A DNA stretch of 64,000 nucleotides from Laetmonice hystrix (Eukaryota), in NCBI GenBank assembly GCA_965235115.1, contig OZ249444.1, positions 10,974,001 to 11,038,000 on the forward strand, in the 5' to 3' direction. This document shows, one piece after another, positions 13,716 to 25,238 of this stretch. Below the pieces are notes generated by a model. The model made no database searches. It was given only the letters and a program-made list of their open reading frames with translations, and had not been told where the DNA came from. Made by a program: the position numbers and the translations under genes. The stretch's first letter is position 1. Each line of letters opens with the position of its first letter.

Positions 13716-14447
13716 CTGAGAGGGAGGGTACCGTCCTCCTTAGACCACATCTTTGTCTGGCACTCCCCCACACTACCTTCTAATAACCTAACAAAACAAA
13801 CTGTACCCACTTACTTCTAAAATTACTTTTTAGTGTCTCGCCCCTCATGGCAGCCTATTTACACGCCGTCTTTTAAACGAGTGGACATGATCTACGATTA
13901 GTCAAACACGTATAAAATCAACAATGTTGTTGACGTTATACATAAAAGTGATGCATTTCTTAATCGTCGTTTCAGCATGCCAAGCTGGCTTACGAGATGG
14001 CCATTTAAGGATGGCGGTTCTGTCGTTTGGAATTTGACTAGTACTTCCCCTCATTGCTTGCCCCGACCCCATCATGCCAAGCATCAGTCTACAACTGACT
14101 GACTTGACAGAAATGTCGAACGGCTCGTACACCCGACTGTTTCACTATATGAAGACAAACCGCAAGCGTTACATGAAGCCATTGCATTATGCTCACATGC
14201 AGTGGCTGTCACCTTTGTGTGGTTGAACTTATTTCCTGGTTTGACATGATGGCAGGGAATGATTACAGATATACTCTACCAAACATTTTGTATTACTAAC
14301 TGAGATACTACAAGGATACTACGATTGACCCATGCTGTGATGCGGTTATCGGGGACAGGGATGTGGGAAGACAGCGCACTCCCAGATTTAATCCAGATGC
14401 TGTGATACGGCAAGCGGGTCATACAGTGATGTGTATCTTAGAGAAGT

Positions 14448-14461
14448 CTGCCATCTGCTGC
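14448..14461 (-). promoter_or_regulatory. CTCF-like motif
   Basis: Minus strand GCAGCAGATGGCAG, one mismatch to CCAGCAGATGGCAG. Confidence 0.4.
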
Positions 14462-14689
14462 AGACAACCTTCACGATGGCTCACTGGGTACATTCTATGG
14501 ACGCGAACCTGTACCAGATAGGTTATGTCCACTTTGTATAGCAACGCGCTTTTGATTCTTTTACTAAAACTAAAAGTCATTTCTGCTCAGGTTGTAGGTA
14601 GTAATATTTTGGCTCATAAATAACTAATCCCAACCAAGCGCCAAGCATTATTGTCGATGTACATCTTCGGTCTTCTTCTTTTCCCTTTT

Positions 14690-15488
14690 GGTGTCACGTC
14701 TTCCTCAGCTAGTAACGTGTAGCGGCAAGCCACGGGCGAGGTTTCACGTCTTCCTCAGCTAGTAACGTGTAGCGGCAAGCCACGGGCGAGGTTTCACGTC
14801 TTCCTCAGCTAGTAACGTGTAGCGGCAAGCCACGGGCGAGGTGTCACGTCTTCCTCAGCTAGTAACGTGTAGCGGCAAGCCACGGGCGAGGTGTCACGTC
14901 TTCCTCAGCTAGTAACGTGTAGCGGCAAGCCACGGGCGAGGTTTCACGTCTTCCTCAGCTAGTAACGTGTAGCGGCAAGCCAAGGGCGAGGTGTCACGTC
15001 TTCCTCAGCTAGTAACGTGTAGCGGCAAGCCACGGGCGAGGTGTCACGTCTTCCTCAGCTAGTAACCTGTAGCGGCAAGCCACGGGCGAGGTTTCACGTC
15101 TTCCTCAGCTAGTAACGTGTAGCGGCAAGCCACGGGCGAGGTGTCACGTCTTCCTCAGCTAGTAACGTGTAGCGGCAAGCCACGGGCGAGGTTTCACGTC
15201 TTCCTCAGCTAGTAACGTGTAGCGGCAAGCCAAGGGCGAGGTGTCACGTCTTCCTCAGCTAGTAACGTGTAGCGGCAAGCCACGGGCGAGGTGTCACGTC
15301 TTCCTCAGCTAGTAACCTGTAGCGGCAAGCCACGGGCGAGGTGTCACGTCTTCCTCAGCTAGTAACGTGTAGCGGCAAGCCACGGGCGAGGTGTCACGTC
15401 TTCCTCAGCTAGTAACCTGTAGCGGCAAGCCACGGGCGAGGTGTCACGTCTTCCTCAGCTAGTAACGTGTAGCGGCAAGCCACGGGCG
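14690..15488. repeat. Minisatellite, 50-bp unit x 16
   Basis: Unit GT(G/T)TCACGTCTTCCTCAGCTAGTAAC(G/C)TGTAGCGGCAAGCCA(C/A)GGGCGAG, head-to-tail with no spacers; only three variable positions. Confidence 0.98.
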
Positions 15489-15522
15489 GAGAGGATCGGG
15501 TCACGCTCAGTTTGATCTCTCG

Positions 15523-15536
15523 CCACTAGGGGGAGA
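15523..15536 (+). promoter_or_regulatory. CTCF-like motif
   Basis: CCACTAGGGGGAGA versus consensus CCACTAGGGGGCGC. Confidence 0.4.
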
Positions 15537-17677
15537 CATATATATCAATCTCAACTCATATCTAATTCACTTCACCATGAGTCGATGCTTCGTGCGTTCA
15601 GATTGAGTCACAATACAAGGCGGTCGATCGGCGCTAAGTGGGGCAGGAATATGAGGAGGCGCATGAACAGCGCTTCATATGTCCCTGATTGTTGTAAGGC
15701 ATTGTTCCACGACACACCGACAACGGCTGTAGAAAACCGATCTCACAATGCATGCTCCAGTTGTTCTCTCTCATGAAACATTAATGCAATATGGGAGTGG
15801 ATGAGCATTGACTTCCCCCCTTCTCACTTTGTTGTGGTGGAGACGGGCCACGAGAGTAGTGTACGTCAGTTAGGATGGATACGAATCGAAGACGTGCACT
15901 CGGGCGGCAAATTGTCCGTCAGCAAGCACGGTGCAGGCATTGTTATCCTACCCCTGCCCGTTATCTTCTCCAACAATTATTATTGAAACGTCCCAACAAT
16001 AAAGTGTCACAAATCTGCACAGGCCATCGCCGCTACAGGTGGAGTGCAATAACGTAGGCATACACCTCCACTTGTGCTCATTCTTAGGCAAACAATGTCG
16101 TCAGCGCATGGCGAAAACAATTCCTACTAAAGGTATTCATGATTTACAGTAATTGCCCATTGTTTTTCATTAATTTTTGAGGAACACTCCAGCCTCATTT
16201 TGAAAGAATAATCAATGTACAATTTGGCCATAACTCGGTGTTAATTATCCAATTTAGAATTCCCAAGCAATCAAAATCTTCTGCACATTTGTTTCTGCCA
16301 GGTTGGAAATAACAGCCCGAGGTCATTACAATTGTATGGGACAGGGACTTGCCTGACTGCCTGGGTTTCGACAAACATGTCTGTAAGGCATGTGCCATGT
16401 ATAGGTACTACGATAAGATTTCGCTGTCCTTGGAAGACATTTTGCTTAATGTCTAATTTTAATATTGCTAATGTTCGCGCTTTAAGGCATTTTCATACAG
16501 GCGAAGCAGCAGTGGCATTGATGGCCTAATTGAGTGCCCGATGTCGGACCGCTGACCATCTATCAAACTATGGTTTCGTACCTGATTTAATAAGTACCGT
16601 TCTATTGGCTTCTCTCTATATACAATCAATGTTTTATCTTCCTGGGACGACATGGTTTGAACAAACAAAGCCGGTCAGGTAGTATAGCTGTGTTCTGCAA
16701 TGAGCTTAAAACATACACGGGACAGGAAATTGTCAGCTTCTATTCAGTTCTGCCGGTAAGAGAGGACGCGGCCTGCACTGAAATAAGCCATGTCTGGACT
16801 CTTTTATGTAGGCCTAGAACGTGTCTATCTGCGTCTACTGAAAATCACTAATGTCTTCAGTAAATTGATATTGAATGCGCACGGAACCCTAAACGAGTGA
16901 AATCCATGTACAATGTATATTCAAAACCATCCAGTAGTGTTTTCAGTTTCTCAAACTAAATAACTCATGAAGGCGCAACGTCTATATATATTATTCTATG
17001 TTATATACAGGTGCGTACACCTTGCGCAGACGAGAGTTCTACCGACAACCCACGTACGTTTAGATCGACGTGCAGGTCAACGCAACTTGGCGGGGGCAAA
17101 TAAACCTTGCGACACCGGAAGAGGCACGTTGCCGACAGCCAGCGGGACCGAGGCCGTTAATATTCCATCGGCCGCAGCCACTGGATTCGATTATGGTCGG
17201 AGATTTCTACCGGAGGCAGTCTCGGCAATATGGAAGCACGTAGTTGATGGATCAACCAAATGGCGACTAACAGAGTGGATTTGATTAGCTGAGTGTCGGT
17301 GTATGGGAAAGCTGACCTCAAGGTTAAAGTGTGGTCATCTTTACGCGAACAACGGCAACCCGAGAGGATAATGGTCAACGGTATACCCATGTGACGTCAC
17401 TGCTTCCCACCGTCCAGTATATATCGGCCTGTGTGAAACAATATACGGTACTATAGTATACGTGAATAATTCAGGAATCCCAAACACTGGAACTGAACCC
17501 TTAACCCATCACTCATGATTGAAGAATTTAATCCTTGAATCTTTGCTAATGACTTAGGCCATCCAAATTATATCATAGGTTTTCTCAACTCTTTTCTCAT
17601 TTAGAAATTATTAGAGCTATTAGAGTTGTTCACATAAGAACTTTTACGCACGCATATTTACGATACTCTAACAGCAG

Positions 17678-17827
17678 GGCCCAGTTCCTAAAAACTTAAG
17701 AACTTGCTTAAGCTTCATGCTTCTGCTTAATGCTTAAGCTTAATGTTTCTGCGGTCTAAGCAGACCGCCCAATCAAAAGCTTTAAGTTTAAGCTTAAACA
17801 AGTTCTTAGGTTTTTAGGAACTGGGCC
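17678..17827. mobile_element. Harbinger-like MITE (family C) with CAG TSD
   Basis: About 29-bp TIR GGCCCAGTTCCTAAAAAC(T/C)TAAGAACTTG, 1 mismatch; CAG direct repeat at 17675-17677 and 17828-17830; interior rich in CTTAAG/AAGCTT. Confidence 0.85.
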
Positions 17828-20800
17828 CAGGCTCAAAAGAGGGTTCCACAGAGTAACAAGAACTAGGGATAGCCTGGCGTGGCATCTAACGTCTCTCGCA
17901 CCAGTCATCTTGATAGAGTCTCTCGTATCTATGACGTGCGTAAAGTGCACTTCGCCCTTCTCCCAGCGCTCATACGTTAATGCACTATAACCAAAGGAGT
18001 ACTCGGGTCGGCAATTTGAAGCTGTCCCAGCCTGTCCGCTGATTAGGTTTAGATCTAGACGGCCATTAGCCGACCACAGGCCCAAAGGTGGCGGTCTATT
18101 TGCACTCACTGCTTTGCCTAAGCACACCAAACAGAAACGCAGGTGTAGCCGGTGAAAAAGCCCGTAGACCACGAAAACGAGGCTGTGTGAGTGTCGGCTG
18201 ACGACGCCGACGACACCCCGACGACGCTGAGTACCGTCTTATGTTCGGGTCAATGGAGCTGCGCGCTCTACTCATGCGCAATGAATGCTCTTCCGGAGAA
18301 CGTTGTCTTCTTCGAGTGACCTGAGACCCATTAGTGGTCTATTGTGTCTGCTGCCCGAGGAGTGGTGGCGTTAGCTCAAGTTTGATCTAATCCATACATG
18401 CTAAGATCGGAACTGGAAACGATTGCAGGGCACGTGTTGTCATTCTGTCACCAACCTATCACTTCCGAGGCTACCCAACAGGGACACTAGAAGCCTTTTT
18501 TATATCTTTTTTCACATGTTCTCTGCATTCCTCTTTATTTATACTGTTAACCTGGCCTTCACCCCCCCCCCCCCCCCCGTTCATTTCACTCTACTTGTTC
18601 AGGCTCCCCGGATGATGTAGTCAGTTTTATTTTACAGATATCTCTATGAACACACAATTTCATTAAACAAAAAGAAAATGTTCCCGGGATTGTGTCAGAA
18701 GATCGATCAGGACAGAACAATGAGGGCAAATGTTGGCACAGGGCTACACTGTCATACCGCAATACGAGAATGGATGTCAAATTCGGCGTTTGTCATGGCC
18801 TTCAATCTGCGTAATGGAGTTTCTTATGCAAATAGTCCGTCTGGGACGCTACAATACGGTGCTACGTTGCAGGAGGTCCGCAAATGAATAGCTGATGCAA
18901 CTGACTCTTCGTTGGGCTTCCTATTCACCTATTCGACAGTGTCTCTCCATCATTATGATTTCTATGACATTATAATCTATACCATATACCATATCATCTT
19001 GCGCAGTGGCTTCAGGTAGTATAGACTGTTCACTCTAAGAAGATGTCTGTGATATTCATGAGTTCTGACACCATTATTGCAATAAAGTCAGTAGAAACCA
19101 ATGGGATGAAGGCAGATTGGCGATGAACACTATAAAAGTACTGAAGTTACATCTGACGCCACCTGTGAGTGACAGCCAGCACTGACTTCCGATAAACCAG
19201 CTGTCGTCCCATGCCACACCTCTCCTATAATGAGCCAGTGCCTCAGGTCTTTCCCCCCATGGTGAACGGACTGTATCTATCAACATAGGTTATGCAGTGC
19301 AGTGATTTTGTGTCATTGAAAAAGTACGCCGACATTCGTATCCACCGTTTTGAGTCTACATTATCACCTCCCCAACCCCTCCCTGCTAACTGATGAGACC
19401 GGACGTGTTTCCCGTGCACTTTGTCAGCATATACTTGCCACCTCCCGCAAGTGGTACCATTTAGAGTTTCCAATCACAAACAAGACAAACGTGAATGTAG
19501 GCCAACACATTCCGGGCTTAGCTCTATGTATCATCTAACATCCGGGTGTCAACCTGACCCCTATAGACAAAGGTCACCAGGACATTTGATACCACGCCCT
19601 CCCAAGCGGACATGAACCTATACGTATCATAGCCATTAATTAACAGGAAAATGAACGCATTAATTGGATTTACTTCAATTACGGTCATGCGAGGCTAAAA
19701 AGAAACCAGTTTGCTTCAAGCGCTTCAAGTTAGTATCCTCTTTATAACTGACTTTATACTTCAAAAGAAAAACACAGGACTTTAATACTAGTGGCGACAT
19801 CCACATAGACACAGACACACGTGAAGCATAATAATTGAGGCGCTGATAATAGCTGTAACTCTGAACAACCATTGAAACCCGAGCCTATTCAGAAATAGAG
19901 AGTCAAATGTGTCTGAAAGCGAGGCTTTGAAGAACACCGCAGTTCATTAAACCTGGTTTGTTTCTTTTTTCCACCCGAACATCCCAGAAGGCTTTTCAAT
20001 TACCATGTTGTATTGTTCTAACCTAGTGGGAGACGCTCAATTATAGCACGGAATGCGCCATTACTAACGTAATTGACAGTTAACCATGGAAACGGATGGA
20101 ACTCGATGTAACTGATACTATGGCAGCTTTCTCATCGATACCTGGCGTAATACAAGAGCTTTTCGTTCTAGCTCTCCCTAACGAACAGAAACAGGTTCCC
20201 TCCCTTGTTTCCCATTGTTGTATTCTGTTAATTGGTAGCAGGAAACTTCCCCAGATGCTGGCTGCCAAGAGGGTGGGCTTGTGATGTAAGAAAAGTGGTT
20301 TAATCAACGCCATCCCCTCCATATCATTTCTCCTAGAGGTCAGCCTTGCTTACCCTACACTGCTATACAATCAGCTGGAGTAGCCGGCCAACGTCTATTG
20401 AATGCAGTAAGGGTGAAAAAAACGACAGGGTCCGATAGCCACTCAATCAGGGGTGGCCAGGGGAGGTTTAACGGTCAGGGCGTGTTGTAACTGCCGGCCG
20501 ACTGGCTCGGGTAATCGGGGGGAAGGGTGGTGCAAGCGGTGGTCAGGGGCCGGGGTGGACGGGATGTAGAGGGGGGGGGTTGTGCGTGGTCAGCTGTCGT
20601 CACCGGCTACATACGAGCTGGAGGAACGGCGCTGAGGCGGATGGACCGGGCGGCTGCCCTCTCGTCGCATCAGTTCCCCTCCTGTGGTCTGCCCAGCCAG
20701 GCGAACCTTCCTCCTGCTCACTGATCGCCGACACGGCGGCTAGCGGTGGTATAAACCTGTCAGCCCACGTCTGCCTGCCAGCCTAGGAGGTGAGATACCG

Positions 20801-21393
20801 GCCGCCTGCCTGGCGTCATTGTCTTTCTGGGTGAGCACAGGAGGAGCCAACAGGAGGGAGCAGCCGGGAGGAGAATACAACTATAGACCAGGAAGGTACT
20901 TTGGAGGCCCGTACCCCGAAAAACCGACATATGAGGTTCAGCACACTCCTTCCCATGAGCTCTTTGTGGCCTCTCGACAGAAGCGAGAGGCTCGTGGAAG
21001 GAATTAGGGGGTCCAGGGGAACAATGGAAATTGTATTTTCGAAAAAGCAAAAATTTCCTGATTGTGAGATCCTGAGGCCTTCACCTCTCCCCTTCTCTCA
21101 TGAAACCATAAAGTTCCGCAGGTTCTCTGAATCAATCTCTGAGGTGCCCAAAGGCCCGTTAACCTGTATCTGAACTGCAGGGGGACGGTTGAAGGGAGTG
21201 GAGAGCCAGAGAAAGCCAGGCGATAGATAATGAGGCAGAAAATGAGTGAACGTGACGTGGAATCGGCGGTACCGATTGCAGTCACCACGTGTGGCCGGCC
21301 TCCACATGTACTCGGTGAGGGGCGGCATGTCGGCAGGTCAGACCCGGGCCCTCCGCCGGGGTACGGCGGCAATGGGCGGGAAGATTGGAGCTG

Positions 21394-21407
21394 ACACCAG
21401 GGGGCAG
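21394..21407 (+). promoter_or_regulatory. CTCF-like motif
   Basis: ACACCAGGGGGCAG, one mismatch to CCACCAGGGGGCAG. Confidence 0.4.
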
Positions 21408-23466
21408 GCCAGCCCGAGGAGGGGCGCATCTCATGGCAATAAATACTCCGCTAATCTGTCTGCAGCCCTCTGTTTTAACGCCTGATTATCTTCTGTGAGA
21501 GAAAAAAGATGCTGTAAGTTGACACACGATTGGCTTAGGGATAGAGTGCAGTCAAGGTACAGCAATACGAGACGTGGCCCTATGTACCGCGCTTCCTGGG
21601 CTTTGATATGTGATCTCCACGTGATCCATGTAAAACAGCGTTCAAACCAGGAACTGCGAGTTCACGAGATTATTAGACCACCCAGTGGGGACCAAACAAA
21701 GACTCATTATATTCAGCTGTATTCTACACACGTATCGAACTCGCTAAATGAATCCACCCGTACAACATTAAAACCTTCCGTAAACACAGTCAAAGGCAGG
21801 ACGTATAGAGGTCAAACTTGGCGTCCGCCACGTGTCTCACATGTCATACACTCCTCCATGCCAAAACAAACGGTCCTCGTGACCAATAAAAATGTCGCAC
21901 GGCCGCCAAGGTTCGACGCCCTTATAATATAATGTCAGGATGTATCATGTTTATATATACAACAATGCCTAAGGTCCCTAGCCATAAGCGAAGTCATCCA
22001 GTATGTTAGAGTCAATCAGAGGAGCTACAAACTTTGTTAAAATATCCATGTCACTATTCGCGAACACATTATAATCGCGCTTCTATCTCCAGCCGAGTGT
22101 TGAGATCATATTTGCGAACCAAATCTCCAGGCGACGCACTCGACAAAGCTAATGAAACTAATTCGGTTTTACATAGATTATAGGAACCTTATTGCATATT
22201 GCATAATGTCTTATCATGATGCTTACACGGAGTTCCATTAGTTTATTCATGAGTACATTACACATGCACTTCGTAACGGTGAAGATATGATGTCACCAGG
22301 AACTGATGTGAGATTTTTCATCGCGGAAACTGCCCTTCCGATGAATAAGATTTTATACTGCAGCCTGGACAGAAATCAAATATCAAACGAAGCAGACGGA
22401 CATAGTCCGACATGGAAACGCGCTGTGGGCCAAGGACCAATTCCGCGGCACATCCGTCACAACATTGGAAGACCCGCATATGGCATAACTTAGGACGGCT
22501 CCTGTATTAATCACGCTATATGTTCATTACACAAGGATAATGTCGGAGCATCCTCATACCCTGGGTCATCCACATCCAGTCCGGGGTCAATCGTTTGGCT
22601 GACCTCTCGTGACATGACACATCAAAAACAAGCTTGTCATGGGGGCAAAGTTCCGTTTCATGTTCTGGAACCGTTTAGTTTCCTTGGATGAGGCTCAATC
22701 CTGTACGTAATGTTGTAGGGAGGATATGGCATGTGACTCAGTGGCCACATTCCAGTGTTTGTATGTGGCGCACCATGTGGCGTCATGTAGATGGCGCAGC
22801 AAGCAATGCTGGAGAATGTCGTTCAGTGTATGCAGCACTGTGCTATTTAGAAAACACTAGATCATAATATTTTTTAAAAAATTGTCATCTGACAAAGGAT
22901 TCCAACTAGAAGCGAAAAGAAATAGGTGGATAGCAGTCGTGGTATCGTCTCCGTGCCTCAACACATGTGTATTACCTTTTACGAGATCATTTCATCAAAC
23001 GCTAAAAACCACCCGTATATGCCATAACAATTACGGTCAAATATTCTGTGCATCAAAGTCCAATTATATTTTTTTCCATATTACATCAATACTTTCTGTC
23101 ACATAACACAGCACATTGTGCCCCCAAAAGCCGTACTCGTGGACTGCCGCTGGACTGTATGAGCCCCCCCCCCCCCCCCCCCCCGGAAGATGAAGCTGTG
23201 GAGGTGGCAGGGGAAGCTTTCATTTTGTTGAAGAGTTAGGTTAAGCACACAGTGAGCGGCCTGGGCTGGCTGGGATGGAGGAACGATTGATGGCGTTCTA
23301 TGATAGCGACCAGCTTATCGATCAAATCTCGAGGAGGAATACCAAGGGAGGGCCCTCCCCCTCTCCGACTCCTACTGCAGCAACAATGGCCGTGGATGAC
23401 AACAGATGATGCCACGCGCCGTGTCATTTCCACCCAACCTTTCTGGCGCGCCGACCAATAACTCAC

Positions 23467-23617
23467 CGTCCTGCGCACAGACTCTCGACATAACGCACAC
23501 AGATTACGCCACGAGCCGGAGACGACGCTTGACGTAATTCACTTGACCTTGATCCCAAGGACGGCGTAGTGGCAACCAGAGTTGATAAAGACAGGAACGT
23601 GATGGTTGTTGTTCAAG
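23467..23617 (-). other. Candidate 151-nt exon, probably non-coding or UTR
   Basis: Long polypyrimidine acceptor ...CATCCTCCCTCCCCCAG and donor ACG|GTGAGT; stops in all three frames. Confidence 0.3.
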
Positions 23618-23888
23618 CTGGGGGAGGGAGGATGGAAGTGGGGGGGGGGGGGTAGTGTGTTGGGAAGTCTGACAAGCCTGCCCAGCGATCCCCATTCTTG
23701 CGGCCCATTCCCATCGTGCCTTTCCGTGCTTCACGGGCCACTAATGTGATTTAGACGACACCACGATGGACATGAAGCGACTGTGATGGACGACTCGAGC
23801 AACACCTTGGCCAGCAATATGTCCGTCCTGATGGATCGGATCGGGCGTAATCTGAACCCCGCTTTACATCCCCGACTCCGAGTCACTC

Positions 23889-25093
23889 GGCGGTAAACGT
23901 CATATACCACACGCCCGGTCCAGTACACACCGGCGGTAAACGTCATATACCACACGCCCGGTCAAGTACACCCGGCGGTAAACGTCATATACCACACGCC
24001 CGGTCCAGTACACACCGACGGTAAACGTCATATACCACACTCCCGGTCCAGTACACACCGGCGGTAAACGTCATATACCACACGCCCGGTCCAGTACACA
24101 CCGGCGGTAAACGTCATATACCACACGCCCGGTCCAGTACACACCGACGGTAAACGTCATATACCACACTCCCGGTCCAGTACACACCGACGGTAAACGT
24201 CATGGTTTATACCACACGCCCGGTCCAGTACACACCGACGGTAAACGTCATATACCACACGCCCGGTCCAGTACACACCGGCGGTAAACGTCATATACCA
24301 CACGCCCGGTCCAGTACACACCGGCGGTAAACGTCATGGTTTATACCACACGCCCGGTCCAGTACACACTGGCGGTAAACGTCATGGTTTATACCACACG
24401 CCCGGTCCAGTACACACCGGCGGTAAACGTCATATACCACACGCCCGGTCCAGTACACACCGGCGGTAAACGTCATGGTTTATACCACACGCCCGGTCCA
24501 GTACACACCGGCGGTAAACGTCATGGTTTATACCACACGCCCGGTCCAGTACACACTGGCGGTAAACGTCATATACCACACTCCCGGTCCAGTACACACC
24601 GGCGGTAAACGTCATATACCACACGGCCGGTCCAGTACACACCGACGGTAAACGTCATGGTTTATACCACACGCCCGGTCCAGTACACACCGGCGGTAAA
24701 CGTCATATACCACACGCCCGGTCCAGTACACACCGGCGGTAAACGTCATATACCACACGGCCGGTCCAGTACACACCGACGGTAAACGTCATGGTTTATA
24801 CCACACGCCCGGTCCAGTACACACCGGCGGTAAACGTCATATACCACACGCCCGGTCCAGTACACACCGACGGTAAACGTCATATACCACACTCCCGGTC
24901 CAGTACACACCGGCGGTAAACGTCATGGTTTATACCACACGCCCGGTCCAGTACACACCGGCGGTAAACGTCATATACCACACTCCCGGTCCAGTACACA
25001 CCGGCGGTAAACGTCATGGTTTATACCACACGCCCGGTCCAGTACACACGGCGGTTTATACCACACGCCCGGTCCAGTACACACCGGCGGTTT
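23889..25093. repeat. Minisatellite of mixed 43-bp and 48-bp units, about 27 copies
   Basis: Unit GGCGGTAAACGTCAT[GGTTT]ATACCACACGCCCGGTCCAGTACACACC; the optional GGTTT gives 48 bp; last unit shortened. Confidence 0.98.
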
Positions 25094-25222
25094 GTATCTC
25101 ATGGTACAATGAATGCATTCCGTCCTGTCGTTTTCAATCTGCTAAAACAATGCCCGTCAAGTGCACTCATACATTAAGGTCATAAAAACATGGAGTCGTT
25201 CCCCCCCTGGCGTCTTTCCCTG

Positions 25223-25238
25223 TGACCTCCGATGACCT
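25223..25238 (-). promoter_or_regulatory. Nuclear receptor DR4 element
   Basis: TGACCT-ccga-TGACCT, i.e. AGGTCA-N4-AGGTCA on the minus strand. Confidence 0.4.

Noticed and set aside
13127-13790. 158-aa ORF ending DC-TGA-YC as a possible Sec readthrough
   Set aside because: No thioredoxin-like context or SECIS seen, and no homology recognised.
14690-25093. Tandem arrays as CRISPR arrays
   Set aside because: Units are head-to-tail with no unique spacers, there are no cas genes, and the context is eukaryotic.
23731-25185. Repetitive ORFs (VYTTRPVQYTPAVNVM etc.) as a repeat protein
   Set aside because: They are by-products of the 48-bp unit; interspersed 43-bp units break the frame repeatedly.
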